From: Candidatus Heimdallarchaeota archaeon
Lineage (GTDB): Archaea > Asgardarchaeota > Heimdallarchaeia > Heimdallarchaeales > Heimdallarchaeaceae
Direction of reading: 5' to 3'
Assembly: GCA_019057375.1 (NCBI GenBank)
Contig: DXJF01000097.1
Coordinates: 48,101-72,100 of the forward strand
Length of the DNA stretch: 24,000 nt
Every line of letters begins with the position of its first letter. Position 1 is the stretch's first letter. The position numbers were made by a program, and so were the translations under genes. Positions 13,035-22,854 of this stretch are shown here, piece after piece. The notes beneath the pieces were generated by a model that worked only from the letters and a program-made list of their open reading frames with translations, was not told where the DNA came from and searched no databases.

Positions 13035-15474
13035 GTTCTTTTTTTACTTTTTCTCTTTTTAAGAACTCTAATTCATCCTTCATACCCTTTATCTCTTCTC
13101 CCGTCTCAATTTCGTTATAGTTTGTATAAATAAAATCAACTATGTCAGAAGCTATTTTCTCACCAACACCACGTACTTCAAAGAAGTCCTCTAATTTCGC
13201 ATTCATAATTTCTTTAACCGACCCAAAATGCTTCAACATTCTACTAGCTATCTTGTGGTCGACATGTGGTAACGAAGCAATAGCTTCCTCTAACTGCGAC
13301 TTAAGACCTATTCCCTTTCTCTTACCAATTGAAATACTTCTTTTTCTCTCTTCTTGTTCTCTTCTTGCCAAAGCAAATAGAATTTCTGCTGTTTCTTTCT
13401 GATTTTGAGTGTGAATAATTGGGAGTCTGAAATCTGTAGCTAAAGAAGTTAAAGCTCCAGCAAGTGCATGTGGGTGAAGTGACGAACTGAATAAATTGAA
13501 GTCTCCTTCTAAAATCATTACAGGTTTTGCACAACTCTCAACTAACACTTTTGTTTGTGAGAATAATCTCTTATCTAGAATTGATTTGATGAAATCATCA
13601 CCTGTTTTTCTCTCAACTACAACTTGGTCTGAACAAATGTAGTCACCAATATCCAATCTTTCAAATCCTAGTTCTACATCTTTGTTCATCAATTCTTTAA
13701 TAACGACTGAATTTCTTTCTCTACTATCACAAATTACTTTGATTTTTCCCTTTTCTTTAACGAATTTAACATCTTTAGTTTCTTTTTCGAGGTTTTCTGG
13801 TTCTTCTAGTTTTTCTTCTTGATATTCTTGTGTCTTGGTTGAAACTTTTTCTGCTTCTTTGAGAAAATCCATAATTCCCTTTTGTTTATCTTTCGTTGCT
13901 GTTTCTTTCTTTTTTAAGGGTCTTTCAAGCCTCTTCACGAGTTTTTTCATTTTTTGTGCTTGTCTCTTAGATGCCCACATGTATGCTTCATCTCTAGTTC
14001 CCTCAGCGATGAGCATAATTACTTTTCCTTCCTTTCTTCTTCCTGTCCGTCCCTTTCTCTGAATTAATCTGATAGCACTTGGGACAGCATCATAGAAAAT
14101 TACTAACTCACACTCACCAATGTCTAACCCTTCTTCTGCAACACTAGTTGAAACTAATGAGTTGTAAGTTCCATCTCGAAAAGATTGCATAATTTCAATT
14201 TGTTCTTTCTGGGAAAGACCTTTGTCACCTCTTGCGGAAGATTGCCCCACAAACCAATGGGATTTTATTCCATTTATTTTGTTTAGTTCTTCACTAATTA
14301 TTTTGGCAGTTACTCTGAAATGTGCAAAAATAAGTATTCTGTTGTTTGGATTATTCGATAATTCCTCAGTTACAATCTCTTTTAATCTTTCAATTTTCGG
14401 GTGAATATTTTTCTCTTCTTGAAGAATTTGAACAGATTCTACAACTTGTCGCATTTCATCTGAGAACATTAATTCTTTTAGTGCTCTACTTCCTTTCCCA
14501 AACTTAATCTCATTAATTTGTTTTTCTAAATATTTACTCAATGAAGGTATTCCTTGTGTTTCAATAAGTTCTATGGCATGAGATAATCGAATTGAATTAC
14601 CTACTAAAGACATGGCTCTGAAGAATTCTGTTCTATCTTCTTGATCTGAATTACTGTAGATTTCATTTACCCTTGCTCTTAACTGTAATAATTCCCTCCT
14701 AGGATTATTTTTTGGGGAGACCGATTTAATAATTTTAAGTTCTTTTAATCCCTCCAGGATAACCTTGAAGAGATCATTTAGCGTATCAATAATTGTTTTA
14801 AATTCGTCTGATAGTGGAATAATTTCCCAGCTTTCATCAATTTTATGTATATATTGCCTAACATCATCTGAACTTTCATCACGCATTTCGATGTTAGTGA
14901 TTCCAAGATTAGATTGAACTTCATCAATTCTTTCAATTTTTGAACCAGGACTAGCGGTTATACCAAGCAATAAAGGATTGGTTGCTCTTTTAAGATATTG
15001 TTCCGCGATGAAAACATAGCTATGGTCTCCGACAGCTTTATGTGCTTCATCTAAACACAGAAAAATAATTTCTTCCAATTTGACTCTTCTTTGAATTATG
15101 TCATTCTGTATAGTTTGAGGCGTAGTAATGAACACTTGGCCATTATCCCAAATCTCCTTGCGTTTCTTTGGATCAATTTGTCCAGAAACTTGAACAATCT
15201 TATCTTGATCAATATTTAGTGATTTACGGGTTGTACGCTCATGCTGGTCAAGTAAGGGTTTTGTTGGAGCACAAAAAACGATTTTTCCTTCTGGAAATTT
15301 CTCTAATCTCTGTGCAGTAATCATCAGATAAAGAACTGTTTTACCTAACCCTGTTGGTAAAATAACAAGGGAATTTTCCTTTATACAAGAAGCAAAAAGA
15401 GTCTGTTGGTATAATCTTGCTTCAATTGTATTTTGCTTAATCAAAGGATGATTTAGGTATTCAGTCTGGTTCAT
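13003..15474 (-). CDS. hef: Hef: helicase-associated XPF-family endonuclease for fork-structured DNA
   Basis: ORF track 13003..15492 starts at a TTG; the first ATG is 15474. SF2 helicase motifs LPTGLGKT, CLDEAH and QRKGRTGR. C-terminal ERCC4/XPF nuclease motif DIGDY...VVERKTGDDF. Terminal HhH-like region (LPHVDHKIASRMLKHFGS...VRGVGEKIA). Confidence 0.9.
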   Translation of the reverse strand: MNQTEYLNHPLIKQNTIEARLYQQTLFASCIKENSLVILPTGLGKTVLYLMITAQRLEKFPEGKIVFCAPTKPLLDQHERTTRKSLNIDQDKIVQVSGQIDPKKRKEIWDNGQVFITTPQTIQNDIIQRRVKLEEIIFLCLDEAHKAVGDHSYVFIAEQYLKRATNPLLLGITASPGSKIERIDEVQSNLGITNIEMRDESSDDVRQYIHKIDESWEIIPLSDEFKTIIDTLNDLFKVILEGLKELKIIKSVSPKNNPRRELLQLRARVNEIYSNSDQEDRTEFFRAMSLVGNSIRLSHAIELIETQGIPSLSKYLEKQINEIKFGKGSRALKELMFSDEMRQVVESVQILQEEKNIHPKIERLKEIVTEELSNNPNNRILIFAHFRVTAKIISEELNKINGIKSHWFVGQSSARGDKGLSQKEQIEIMQSFRDGTYNSLVSTSVAEEGLDIGECELVIFYDAVPSAIRLIQRKGRTGRRKEGKVIMLIAEGTRDEAYMWASKRQAQKMKKLVKRLERPLKKKETATKDKQKGIMDFLKEAEKVSTKTQEYQEEKLEEPENLEKETKDVKFVKEKGKIKVICDSRERNSVVIKELMNKDVELGFERLDIGDYICSDQVVVERKTGDDFIKSILDKRLFSQTKVLVESCAKPVMILEGDFNLFSSSLHPHALAGALTSLATDFRLPIIHTQNQKETAEILFALARREQEERKRSISIGKRKGIGLKSQLEEAIASLPHVDHKIASRMLKHFGSVKEIMNAKLEDFFEVRGVGEKIASDIVDFIYTNYNEIETGEEIKGMKDELEFLKREKVKKEPKNSENGENQ

Positions 15475-15618
15475 TTTAGACCACAATAACAATTTGCATA
15501 TGATGTTTTATATTTGAATATATAAATAATAGTTCTTTTCTTATCCATTGCTCAAGTTAATGCATCTTGGATACAAAAGTCTTATAATGAAGAAATAATA
15601 GAAAGGAGGATATCCATT

Positions 15619-17115
15619 ATGAGCTCTAACAACAATGATTCTGAAATACCTTCAGGAACCCAGTTGAAAATCTTTACTCTGGTGAGCGCTGTAGGTGTAG
15701 GAGTTTTCATGTCTTCCTTAGATGCATCTATTGTAGTAGTGATTCTAGAACAGATTGGAGCAGATTTCGATGTTTCTCCACCTATATTACAATGGGTAAT
15801 ACTTTCCTATCTTCTAACTATGATGGCTTTTACAATGGTTGCAGGAGATTTAGGAGATAGATATAGCAACAAAAGAATTTTCCAATATGGGATGGTTCTT
15901 TTTGCAATAGGATCCCTTTTCTGTTATTTGTCAATTGAGTTCCTTCTTAGATCAATATGGTATTTAGTCTTTAGCAGAGTAATACAAGCAGTTGGAGCCA
16001 CTGGAATGATGGCAAATGGGATGGCATTAGTAACAAGATTTACAACAAAAAAGAATAGAGGAACTGCAGTAGGAATAAACAATGTTGTTATTTCTCTAGC
16101 TGTAATCTCAGGACCTGTTTTTGGATCTGTTATAAGTCAGTATTGGCATATTGGTGGTGTGTTTTTGATTAATCTTCCAATTGCGGTTATTGGATTGGCG
16201 CTGGTACATTTTAATATTCCAAAAACTCCACCATTAACAGAAAGGAGAACAGCAGATTATCTTGGGTCTTTTCTATTTGCAGTATTTCTAATGATTTTAG
16301 TTTTAAGCTTCAGCGTCTTTCCTGAAACAGACACTATACCTAATGCAAGAATGTGGGCGGGGATAGCCTTTGGTTTCAGCCTTTTTATTCTTCCATTTTT
16401 CATATTGTGGGAAAGAAAAACGTCTTCTCCTCTGATTGATTTCAAGATGTTAAAGAACAGGAAGATTTCAATAGGTTTAGTTACCGCTATATTAAAACAT
16501 CAAGGGTATATAGTTATTATTTTTCATTTTGTCTTGTTTTTACCGGAATTTGGAATAACGCATACTCCAATAGAACTTGGTTTGGTGCTTGCAGGAGTAG
16601 CTGTTGGTATGGCAATTTTTGCAGCAGTTTCAGGAAAATTATCGAACACAGTTGATGCAAGATATTTATGTACTGGAGCAATGTTGTGTGTTGCTATAAT
16701 GCTTGCTGTTCTTTCAGCATTAATTGATGTTAATGCTCATCTGTCACTATATATTGTCTCAGCAATTGTGGTAGGTATCTCTATAGGAATGTTTCAATCC
16801 CCCAATGGCAATAGTATTATGAGTGCTGCACCAAAGGAAAAACTTGGGATTGCAAGTGCTTTACATGGTTTAACAACTAGTGTAGGGATAAGTTTGGGAA
16901 CAGCACTTTCTACAGCTATTCTTGCTTTGGTAGCAAGTCTTGCTTCAACTAAAAATGGTCTACCTATGTATGGAGAAGTAAATTGGGCAATTGGACTCAA
17001 ATGGGTATTTGGAGTATATGCGGTAATGACCTTTTTGGGAGCAGTTCTATCCTATTTCAGAGGACCAGAAGATAGAAGTGATGATGAACCTATAGAAAAA
17101 GTAATGAAAACTTAG
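15619..17115 (+). CDS. MFS transporter (DHA2/EmrB-like, about 14 TM by eye)
   Basis: 498 aa and very hydrophobic. MFS motif A-like GDLGDRYSNKR lies between predicted TM2 and TM3. Confidence 0.75.
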   Translation: MSSNNNDSEIPSGTQLKIFTLVSAVGVGVFMSSLDASIVVVILEQIGADFDVSPPILQWVILSYLLTMMAFTMVAGDLGDRYSNKRIFQYGMVLFAIGSLFCYLSIEFLLRSIWYLVFSRVIQAVGATGMMANGMALVTRFTTKKNRGTAVGINNVVISLAVISGPVFGSVISQYWHIGGVFLINLPIAVIGLALVHFNIPKTPPLTERRTADYLGSFLFAVFLMILVLSFSVFPETDTIPNARMWAGIAFGFSLFILPFFILWERKTSSPLIDFKMLKNRKISIGLVTAILKHQGYIVIIFHFVLFLPEFGITHTPIELGLVLAGVAVGMAIFAAVSGKLSNTVDARYLCTGAMLCVAIMLAVLSALIDVNAHLSLYIVSAIVVGISIGMFQSPNGNSIMSAAPKEKLGIASALHGLTTSVGISLGTALSTAILALVASLASTKNGLPMYGEVNWAIGLKWVFGVYAVMTFLGAVLSYFRGPEDRSDDEPIEKVMKT

Positions 17116-17262
17116 TTTGTTTTCATTCTTTCTTTCTAGTTAAGAAAAGTTGACGAAGTTTTTAAAATGGTTTTTATCTTCATGAAAACATAGAGGCTTT
17201 ATATTAATTGGGTGTAATCACTCCATTTTTAAAGCAACAAAAAACAGCAATATTAAAGGTTG

Positions 17263-19737
17263 ATGACTGTGAGTGAATTCGTTCCTAGACTAACAGAAAA
17301 AACATATGACCCCCAAACAAAGGATATAGAACTATTCAATATTTGGCAAAAGGAAAAACTGTTTGCATTTAACAAAAACTCAGGAAAGCCAATCTATAGT
17401 ATAGATACCCCTCCACCTTATGCAAATGCTCCTTGGCATATGGGTGGCGCTATTCATTATAGTGGAATAGATATGATTGCTAGATATAAACGGATGTCTG
17501 GAAATGAAATATTGTTTCCAATGTGTTTGGATCGAAATGGATTACCAATTGAAGTTCAAGCTGAGAAAGAATTCAAGGTATCCATGCATGATGTTCCAAG
17601 AGAAGAGTTTCTGAAAATGTGCAAAGGAATATTAGACCGTGTAGGTGATCAAATACTCCATGTATGCAGAATTTTAGGATTCAGTAATAATTCCTTTGAA
17701 TGGGACGAAGTTTACAAAACTGACGAAGAACAGTATAGAGCACTAACTCAAGCAACTTTCATTAAGTTGTTCAATGAAAACCAAATTTACGAAGATAATC
17801 GCCCTAATAATTATTGTACTCGATGTAAAACAACCATAGCAGATAATGAAATTGATTATAAGTCAGGTTCACATTTACTTTATGATATTAGGTTCAAAGT
17901 AAAAGAAACAGGTGAGGAGTTAATTATCTCAACATCAAGACCTGAGTTGATACCAGCTATAGGGGTAGTAATTTTTAACCCAAAAGATGAAAGGTATTTG
18001 CATTTAAAGGGGAAGACCGCTATATCTCCTATATTTGAAGATGAAGTGCCGATTATGCCCCATCATTATGCAAAAGCTGAATTTGGAACCGGTATAATGA
18101 TGGTATGTGCCTATGGAGATTCAGGAGATGTTCAAATATTTAGAGAACTTCAATTAAATCCCCAAACTGTAATAGATACAGATGGTAAGATAACAGAACA
18201 AGTACCTGCTTATACTGGTTTAACAGTGAAAAAAGCAAAAAAACAAATTGCTATTGATCTTGAAGAACAGGGTTTTATTCTTGAGAAAGCAGATGCACCT
18301 CATAATTTTCCAACATGTTCTAGATGTAAGAAAGAAGTAGAATTTCTGGCAATGCCTGAGTATTACCTAAAACAAGTAGAATATGTTCCAAAGTTACATA
18401 AGTATGCGCAAGAGATGAATTTTTTCCCACCTTTCATGAGACAGGTTTGGATAGATTGGTTGAACATTGTTTCGATTGACTGGCCAATAAGCAGAAGACG
18501 GTATTATGGAACAGAAGTACCCATATGGTATTGCAAAAAATGTAATCATCCCAATGTACCTGAACCAGGACCTTATTATCAACCTTGGAAAGATGACCCT
18601 CCCTTTGGTACATGTGAAAAATGCAATAGCTCTGAGGGTTTTGAAGGTGATTCACGTACTTTTGATACTTGGATGGATTCTTCAATTAGTGAAATATACA
18701 TAACTAAACATCCTCACAACAAGAAAGATGAAGAACTATTTAAGGAATTGAACAGCAGACCCTTTATATGTGATATAAGGCCTCAAGGTAAGGATATAGT
18801 ACGAACATGGTTACATTATACTATGTTAAGGGGTCTTCAACTTCATAATAAACCCGCATTTAATCATGCTTGGATTTCAGGACACGTGGTAAATAGTAAA
18901 GGCGAAAAGATGTCAAAAAGCAAAGGAGCTGTTGTACAACCTGAGAAAATGATTGAAAAATATGGTGGTGATGCTGTGAGATTTTATGGAGCAGCTGAAG
19001 CAAGTCATGGCTCTGATATCAGATTCAATCAACAGAGATTACAAGGTATTTCAAAATTCATAAACAAATTTTACAATATTGCAAAATTTGTTAGTAGATT
19101 TCCTATAATCGAAAACGAATCAGAAATTTCTTTACAACCAGCTGATGAATGGATACTATCTGAATTAGCTAAGACAATAGAAGAATCTCAAAAAGGTTAT
19201 GAGATATATGATTTTCAAATACCTGCTAAAACTCTTCGGAATTTTGCTTGGGAAACATTCGCTTCACATTATGTAGAACTTGTAAAAGGAAGAGCTTACA
19301 ACAGAAATGACACATACAACAGCAAAGAACAAAAAGCTGCTTGGTTCACCCTTCATAAAGTTATAAAAGAATTAACTAAAGCTTTTGCTCCTATCATTCC
19401 ATTTGTTACAGATTTGATCTATAGAGGGATTTATGATTCAAGCGTTCACACACAAGCTTTTCCAAAACCTGAAGAGATAATTAAAAAATCAGTGTTCACA
19501 AATCTAACATCATTACTATTAGAAATAAATTCTGCAATTTGGAAGTTTAAGAAAGATAAGAAACTGCCTTTGAACACTCCGATAAAACAAGCATACTTAC
19601 CCACAGAACTATCTCCTTTGATAGGTGACCTTCAATCGATGCATGGTGTTGAGAGTATAGTAGAAAATATGGATAGTATACAGGAAGGAGAAATAATACA
19701 CCTCACAGAAGAAACCATCATAAACTTGAAATTATAG
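17263..19737 (+). CDS. valS: Valyl-tRNA synthetase (class Ia)
   Basis: ORF track 17260 is a TTG immediately followed by ATG at 17263. IDTPPPYANAPWHMGG (HIGH region), GTGIMMVCAYGDSGD (editing domain, ValRS-like GTGxVMVCTFGD), DTWMDSS, and KMSKSKG. Confidence 0.75.
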   Translation: MTVSEFVPRLTEKTYDPQTKDIELFNIWQKEKLFAFNKNSGKPIYSIDTPPPYANAPWHMGGAIHYSGIDMIARYKRMSGNEILFPMCLDRNGLPIEVQAEKEFKVSMHDVPREEFLKMCKGILDRVGDQILHVCRILGFSNNSFEWDEVYKTDEEQYRALTQATFIKLFNENQIYEDNRPNNYCTRCKTTIADNEIDYKSGSHLLYDIRFKVKETGEELIISTSRPELIPAIGVVIFNPKDERYLHLKGKTAISPIFEDEVPIMPHHYAKAEFGTGIMMVCAYGDSGDVQIFRELQLNPQTVIDTDGKITEQVPAYTGLTVKKAKKQIAIDLEEQGFILEKADAPHNFPTCSRCKKEVEFLAMPEYYLKQVEYVPKLHKYAQEMNFFPPFMRQVWIDWLNIVSIDWPISRRRYYGTEVPIWYCKKCNHPNVPEPGPYYQPWKDDPPFGTCEKCNSSEGFEGDSRTFDTWMDSSISEIYITKHPHNKKDEELFKELNSRPFICDIRPQGKDIVRTWLHYTMLRGLQLHNKPAFNHAWISGHVVNSKGEKMSKSKGAVVQPEKMIEKYGGDAVRFYGAAEASHGSDIRFNQQRLQGISKFINKFYNIAKFVSRFPIIENESEISLQPADEWILSELAKTIEESQKGYEIYDFQIPAKTLRNFAWETFASHYVELVKGRAYNRNDTYNSKEQKAAWFTLHKVIKELTKAFAPIIPFVTDLIYRGIYDSSVHTQAFPKPEEIIKKSVFTNLTSLLLEINSAIWKFKKDKKLPLNTPIKQAYLPTELSPLIGDLQSMHGVESIVENMDSIQEGEIIHLTEETIINLKL

Positions 19738-19763
19738 GCTATTAAGAACTGGTAATCTGGAAT

Positions 19764-20069
19764 TTACCAGCGGGAAATTTTTTTCTTTACTCTTGTTTCT
19801 GGAGTCCCTTTAATTATATGTCCTTCAACTAAGATTACTGTTCCATCTGCAATTTTGATTTGAAAAATTTGATTTGACTTAGGAATCCATAAAACCTTTT
19901 TTTCAGTTAAAACTCTTAAAAGATTAGAAGTTTCCTCTTCAATAATACCTCTTACGCCAATTAAATCTTCAGAGGAACTATGTTTTACTTCTATTTCTAA
20001 ACCTACCAGTGACGAGGAAAGATTTCGCCAAACTCTAGATTTTCGTTTATTACGATTTTCTTTTGACAT
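19764..20069 (-). CDS. rnp1: RNase P protein component 1 (Rpp29/Pop4)
   Basis: 101 aa. LIGVRGIIEEETSNLLRVLTEKKVLWIPK...ILVEGHIIKGTPETR is the Rpp29 Sm-like barrel pattern. Its start ATG overlaps the uL29 stop (TAATG). Confidence 0.8.
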   Translation of the reverse strand: MSKENRNKRKSRVWRNLSSSLVGLEIEVKHSSSEDLIGVRGIIEEETSNLLRVLTEKKVLWIPKSNQIFQIKIADGTVILVEGHIIKGTPETRVKKKISRW

Positions 20070-20272
20070 TAAATCTCATCTAGTTCAGTCATAATAGTCA
20101 CAATTCTTGCAATAGCTTTCTTATATTCTTGAATTTGACCTGGATTTTCGATTGAACCACCAGATGATAATTCGGATTGAATTGTAAATAGTTTCTTCTT
20201 AAATTCGTCCAGTTTCTTGAGTCTTTGATTTTTATTCAACTTTCTAATTTCACTTGATTTTATTAGTGCCAC
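20069..20272 (-). CDS. rpl29: Ribosomal protein uL29
   Basis: 67 aa. IRKLNKNQRLKKLDEFKKKLFTIQSELSSGGSIENPGQIQEYKKAIARI. It sits in the conserved position after uS3. Confidence 0.9.
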   Translation of the reverse strand: MALIKSSEIRKLNKNQRLKKLDEFKKKLFTIQSELSSGGSIENPGQIQEYKKAIARIVTIMTELDEI

Positions 20273-20286
20273 ATCATTTCACTCCT

Positions 20287-21204
20287 TCATTTCTTCTTGG
20301 ACTTTTCTTTTGGTTTTTCTTCCACCTTATCTTCTTTCTTTGGTTTAGAAGCTTTATCGTCTTTCTTTGGTTTTTCTTCTACCTTATCTTCTTTCTTTGG
20401 TTTAGAAGCTTTATCAACTTCTTCCAGTTCTTCAAACTCGTCTTTAGGTTTCTTCTTTTTCTTCTTACTCTCTTCTTCTGTGATTTTTTCGAGTTCTTCA
20501 TCGATATCTGGAAACTCTTCTAATTCTTCAATAACTTCTTCGCTAACTTCTTCGATGATTTCAGGTTCTTCTTCTATACCAGTATCCACTATCATGGATG
20601 TTGAAGTTGGTTCAGCTTCAATAGTAATGTCATCCGGTAAAATTGCATCGCCTCTCATGATTCGAACTTGAACCCCTATTAATCCTCGTCGTATGAGGGC
20701 TGTTGCTTTTCCTAAATCGACATATCGCTCTGCAGGGTCTCCTGCCTTTGCAACAAAACCAGCTCTGAATGTTTCAACTCTTGCTCTTTGACTAGTGATT
20801 TTTCCACTAATCTTTATTTCAATACCTTTGGCTCCAACTGACAATATACGTCTAATTATACCATGAGCGCTTCTACGAAAATGACGTCCCCTCTCTAAAG
20901 AAGATGCTAAACGATAAGCCATAATACGGGCATCAAGTTCTGGATTTTCTACTTCGGTTACTTCAATTTGTGGATTATCTAACTCGTATTGCTCGCGTAA
21001 AGCTTCAGTGATCCTGTGGATGTTTCTTCCTCTTCCCCCAATCGCTAATCCTACTCTCCCCACTCTAAGAATAACACGATCTCCCAAAGGTGTTCTTCTA
21101 AGTTCAACCCCACCATATTCAGCATTTTTCAACTCCTCAGCTAAATATTCATCAATTGCATTTCTTTGGTATTTTTTTAATAGATAGTCTTTTGTTGTAG
21201 GCAT
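20287..21204 (-). CDS. rps3: Ribosomal protein uS3 with a roughly 100-aa acidic-then-lysine-rich C-terminal extension
   Basis: The ORF track starts at GTG 21213; the ATG at 21204 lies 5 nt after the uL22 stop. KH-domain core RVGLAIGGRGRNIHRITEALR. The C-terminus ends ...DKASKPKKEDKVEEKPKKDDKASKPKKEDKVEEKPKEKSKKK. Confidence 0.9.
   Translation of the reverse strand: MPTTKDYLLKKYQRNAIDEYLAEELKNAEYGGVELRRTPLGDRVILRVGRVGLAIGGRGRNIHRITEALREQYELDNPQIEVTEVENPELDARIMAYRLASSLERGRHFRRSAHGIIRRILSVGAKGIEIKISGKITSQRARVETFRAGFVAKAGDPAERYVDLGKATALIRRGLIGVQVRIMRGDAILPDDITIEAEPTSTSMIVDTGIEEEPEIIEEVSEEVIEELEEFPDIDEELEKITEEESKKKKKKPKDEFEELEEVDKASKPKKEDKVEEKPKKDDKASKPKKEDKVEEKPKEKSKKK
20302..20415 (-). repeat. 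Two tandem 57-nt (19-codon) repeats inside the uS3 C-terminal tail
   Basis: ggtttttcttc(c/t)accttatcttctttctttggtttagaagctttatc occurs at 20312-20358 and again at 20369-20415 (offset 57 nt). It encodes DKASKPKKEDKVEEKPK(K/E) twice. Confidence 0.85.
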
Positions 21205-21209
21205 AATTA

Positions 21210-21674
21210 TCACATCTCAGCTACTTCTGCTACTAATTCAACATGGATGAATTGTCTCATTTTAGGTGAAGAACTTCCATGAGCTCGGTAAAACATACCT
21301 TGTTGTCTTGTTCCTTGTAGAGTTACAGCATGAGTAATCCTACATTTATCTAACTGTAATTGATTATTTTCAGCATTGTTTTCTAGATTTCTTACAACTT
21401 TAAGAATCTCTGTTGCAGCTTTTACAGGATATCTGCCACCTGTCCAACCAACTACGCTACTTTTGTGTCCTACATTATTTTTGAATCGTCTATATGGGAC
21501 TGCAAGTTTTTTATCAATTACAGCCTCAAGATACTCAATAGATTGATGAATTGTCATACCCTTAATTGTGTTACAAACTTCGCGAGCTGCCTTTCTACTA
21601 ACATCTATACCTCTTGCAGAGGCTTTGGCTGATCTGTCAGGATCTGTTTGAACTGAATATTTGTATTTTGGCAA
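21210..21674 (-). CDS. rpl22: Ribosomal protein uL22
   Basis: 154 aa. AKASARGIDVSRKAAREVCNTIKGM...AVPYRRF...GRYPVKAA...LLKVVRNLENNAE, in the conserved position upstream of uS3. Confidence 0.9.
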   Translation of the reverse strand: MPKYKYSVQTDPDRSAKASARGIDVSRKAAREVCNTIKGMTIHQSIEYLEAVIDKKLAVPYRRFKNNVGHKSSVVGWTGGRYPVKAATEILKVVRNLENNAENNQLQLDKCRITHAVTLQGTRQQGMFYRAHGSSSPKMRQFIHVELVAEVAEM

Positions 21675-21994
21675 TCTTATATCTCCTGTATATTCTTGTT
21701 ACTATTAACTACATTAGCGAGTAAGAGTACAATTTTTAAGGTTTATTAACGAATACAAATTGTATTTATTATTACCCGGCAAGTAAAATCGACTATTTGT
21801 TATTTAAAATGGTTTTCTTTAATGAGCAAATAAAAGAAAGAACAATTAAATTATTTTCTGAAAGTTTTTCAGCATTTAATTTCAATTTTTGAAAAACTTA
21901 ACGATAACAACTATTAAAAAGATAAATGATGGAGGAAATCTGTCGATATAGTTTCGAATTAGATAAAAACTAAAAACAGGTATGTGACGTCTTA

Positions 21995-22014
21995 CTCCAA
22001 AAGAAGTTTTGGAG
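21995..22014 (+). promoter_or_regulatory. Perfect 8-bp hairpin in the putative leader of the uS17 operon
   Basis: ctccaaaa-gaag-ttttggag, 73 nt upstream of the uS17 ATG. Function unknown. Confidence 0.2.
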
Positions 22015-22086
22015 CCGAGATTGTTTTCCTGTGTTTTTAACATGGGGAAATATGGGTATAAGACGCTTTACCGAGGTGACAAAAAA

Positions 22087-22419
22087 ATGAGTGAAGTAAG
22101 GAATATAGGTGTTCCCGGAGTGGAACCACCTTCCACAGAATGTGAAGATCCACGTTGTCCTTTTCATGGTAAACTTCCGGTTAGGGGTAGGATATTCACA
22201 GGAAAAGTGGTTTCTGACAAAATGAGACGAACTGTCGTTATTAGGAGAGATTATCTTCAGTATGTGAAAAAGTACAGAAGATATGAACGTGCTCATGGAA
22301 AGATTTCTGCCCATAACCCTCCTTGTTTAAATGTTAAAGAAGGGGATATGGTTTTAGCAGCAGAATGCCGACCACTCGCAAAAACTGTGAGTTTTGTTGT
22401 TATACAAAAATTAAACTAA
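22087..22419 (+). CDS. rps17: Ribosomal protein uS17
   Basis: The ORF track starts at 22009; the conserved archaeal N-terminus begins at [34 protein letters not shown] (ATG 22087). Followed by ...[13 protein letters not shown]. Confidence 0.85.
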   Translation: MSEVRNIGVPGVEPPSTECEDPRCPFHGKLPVRGRIFTGKVVSDKMRRTVVIRRDYLQYVKKYRRYERAHGKISAHNPPCLNVKEGDMVLAAECRPLAKTVSFVVIQKLN

Positions 22420-22428
22420 GGTGATAAA

Positions 22429-22845
22429 ATGGCAAAAAGAAAAACAGTCGGAAGGACTCAAGTTCATATCACTAAAGGATTGATGGTTGGTTCTAGAATA
22501 CGCTGCGCAGATAATTCTGGTGCAAGAATTGTGCAAATTATTGCAGTAAAACATTATAGAGGAAGATTAAACAGGATTCCTAAAGCTTCTGTTGCAGATA
22601 TGGTTATAGTATCTGTGAAGCAAGGAACTCCTCAAAGAAGAAAACAAATCTTCCCTGCAGTGGTTGTAAGACAACGTTCCGCTTATCGTAGAAGATCAGG
22701 AGATTGGATACAATTTGAGGAAAATGCAGTGGTTCTTACAAATGAAGTAGGAGATCCACTAGGAAGCGAGATTAGAGGACCAGTTGCTAAGGAAGCAGCA
22801 GAAAAATGGCCAAGAATAGCTCATCAAGCTTCCATAATCGTATAG
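22429..22845 (+). CDS. rpl14: Ribosomal protein uL14
   Basis: 138 aa. ITKGLMVGSRIRCADNSGARIVQIIAV...VVVRQR...FEENAVVL, in the conserved position. Confidence 0.9.
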   Translation: MAKRKTVGRTQVHITKGLMVGSRIRCADNSGARIVQIIAVKHYRGRLNRIPKASVADMVIVSVKQGTPQRRKQIFPAVVVRQRSAYRRRSGDWIQFEENAVVLTNEVGDPLGSEIRGPVAKEAAEKWPRIAHQASIIV

Positions 22846-22854
22846 GTGATTAAA

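Noticed and set aside
20302-20415. Tandem repeat considered as a possible mini CRISPR or other non-coding repeat array.
   Set aside because: There are only two units and no spacers. The repeat is in frame within uS3 and encodes a duplicated 19-aa peptide. I saw no CRISPR-like array anywhere in the window.
20254-20671. Plus-strand ORFs 20254..20523 and 20297..20671 (F/L/S-rich).
   Set aside because: They are antisense shadows of the K/E-rich uS3 tail and its 57-nt repeat. They consist of low-complexity sequence with no independent start context.
21970-22314. 114-aa minus-strand ORF overlapping uS17.
   Set aside because: It is antisense to a highly conserved ribosomal protein gene and has no recognisable features.
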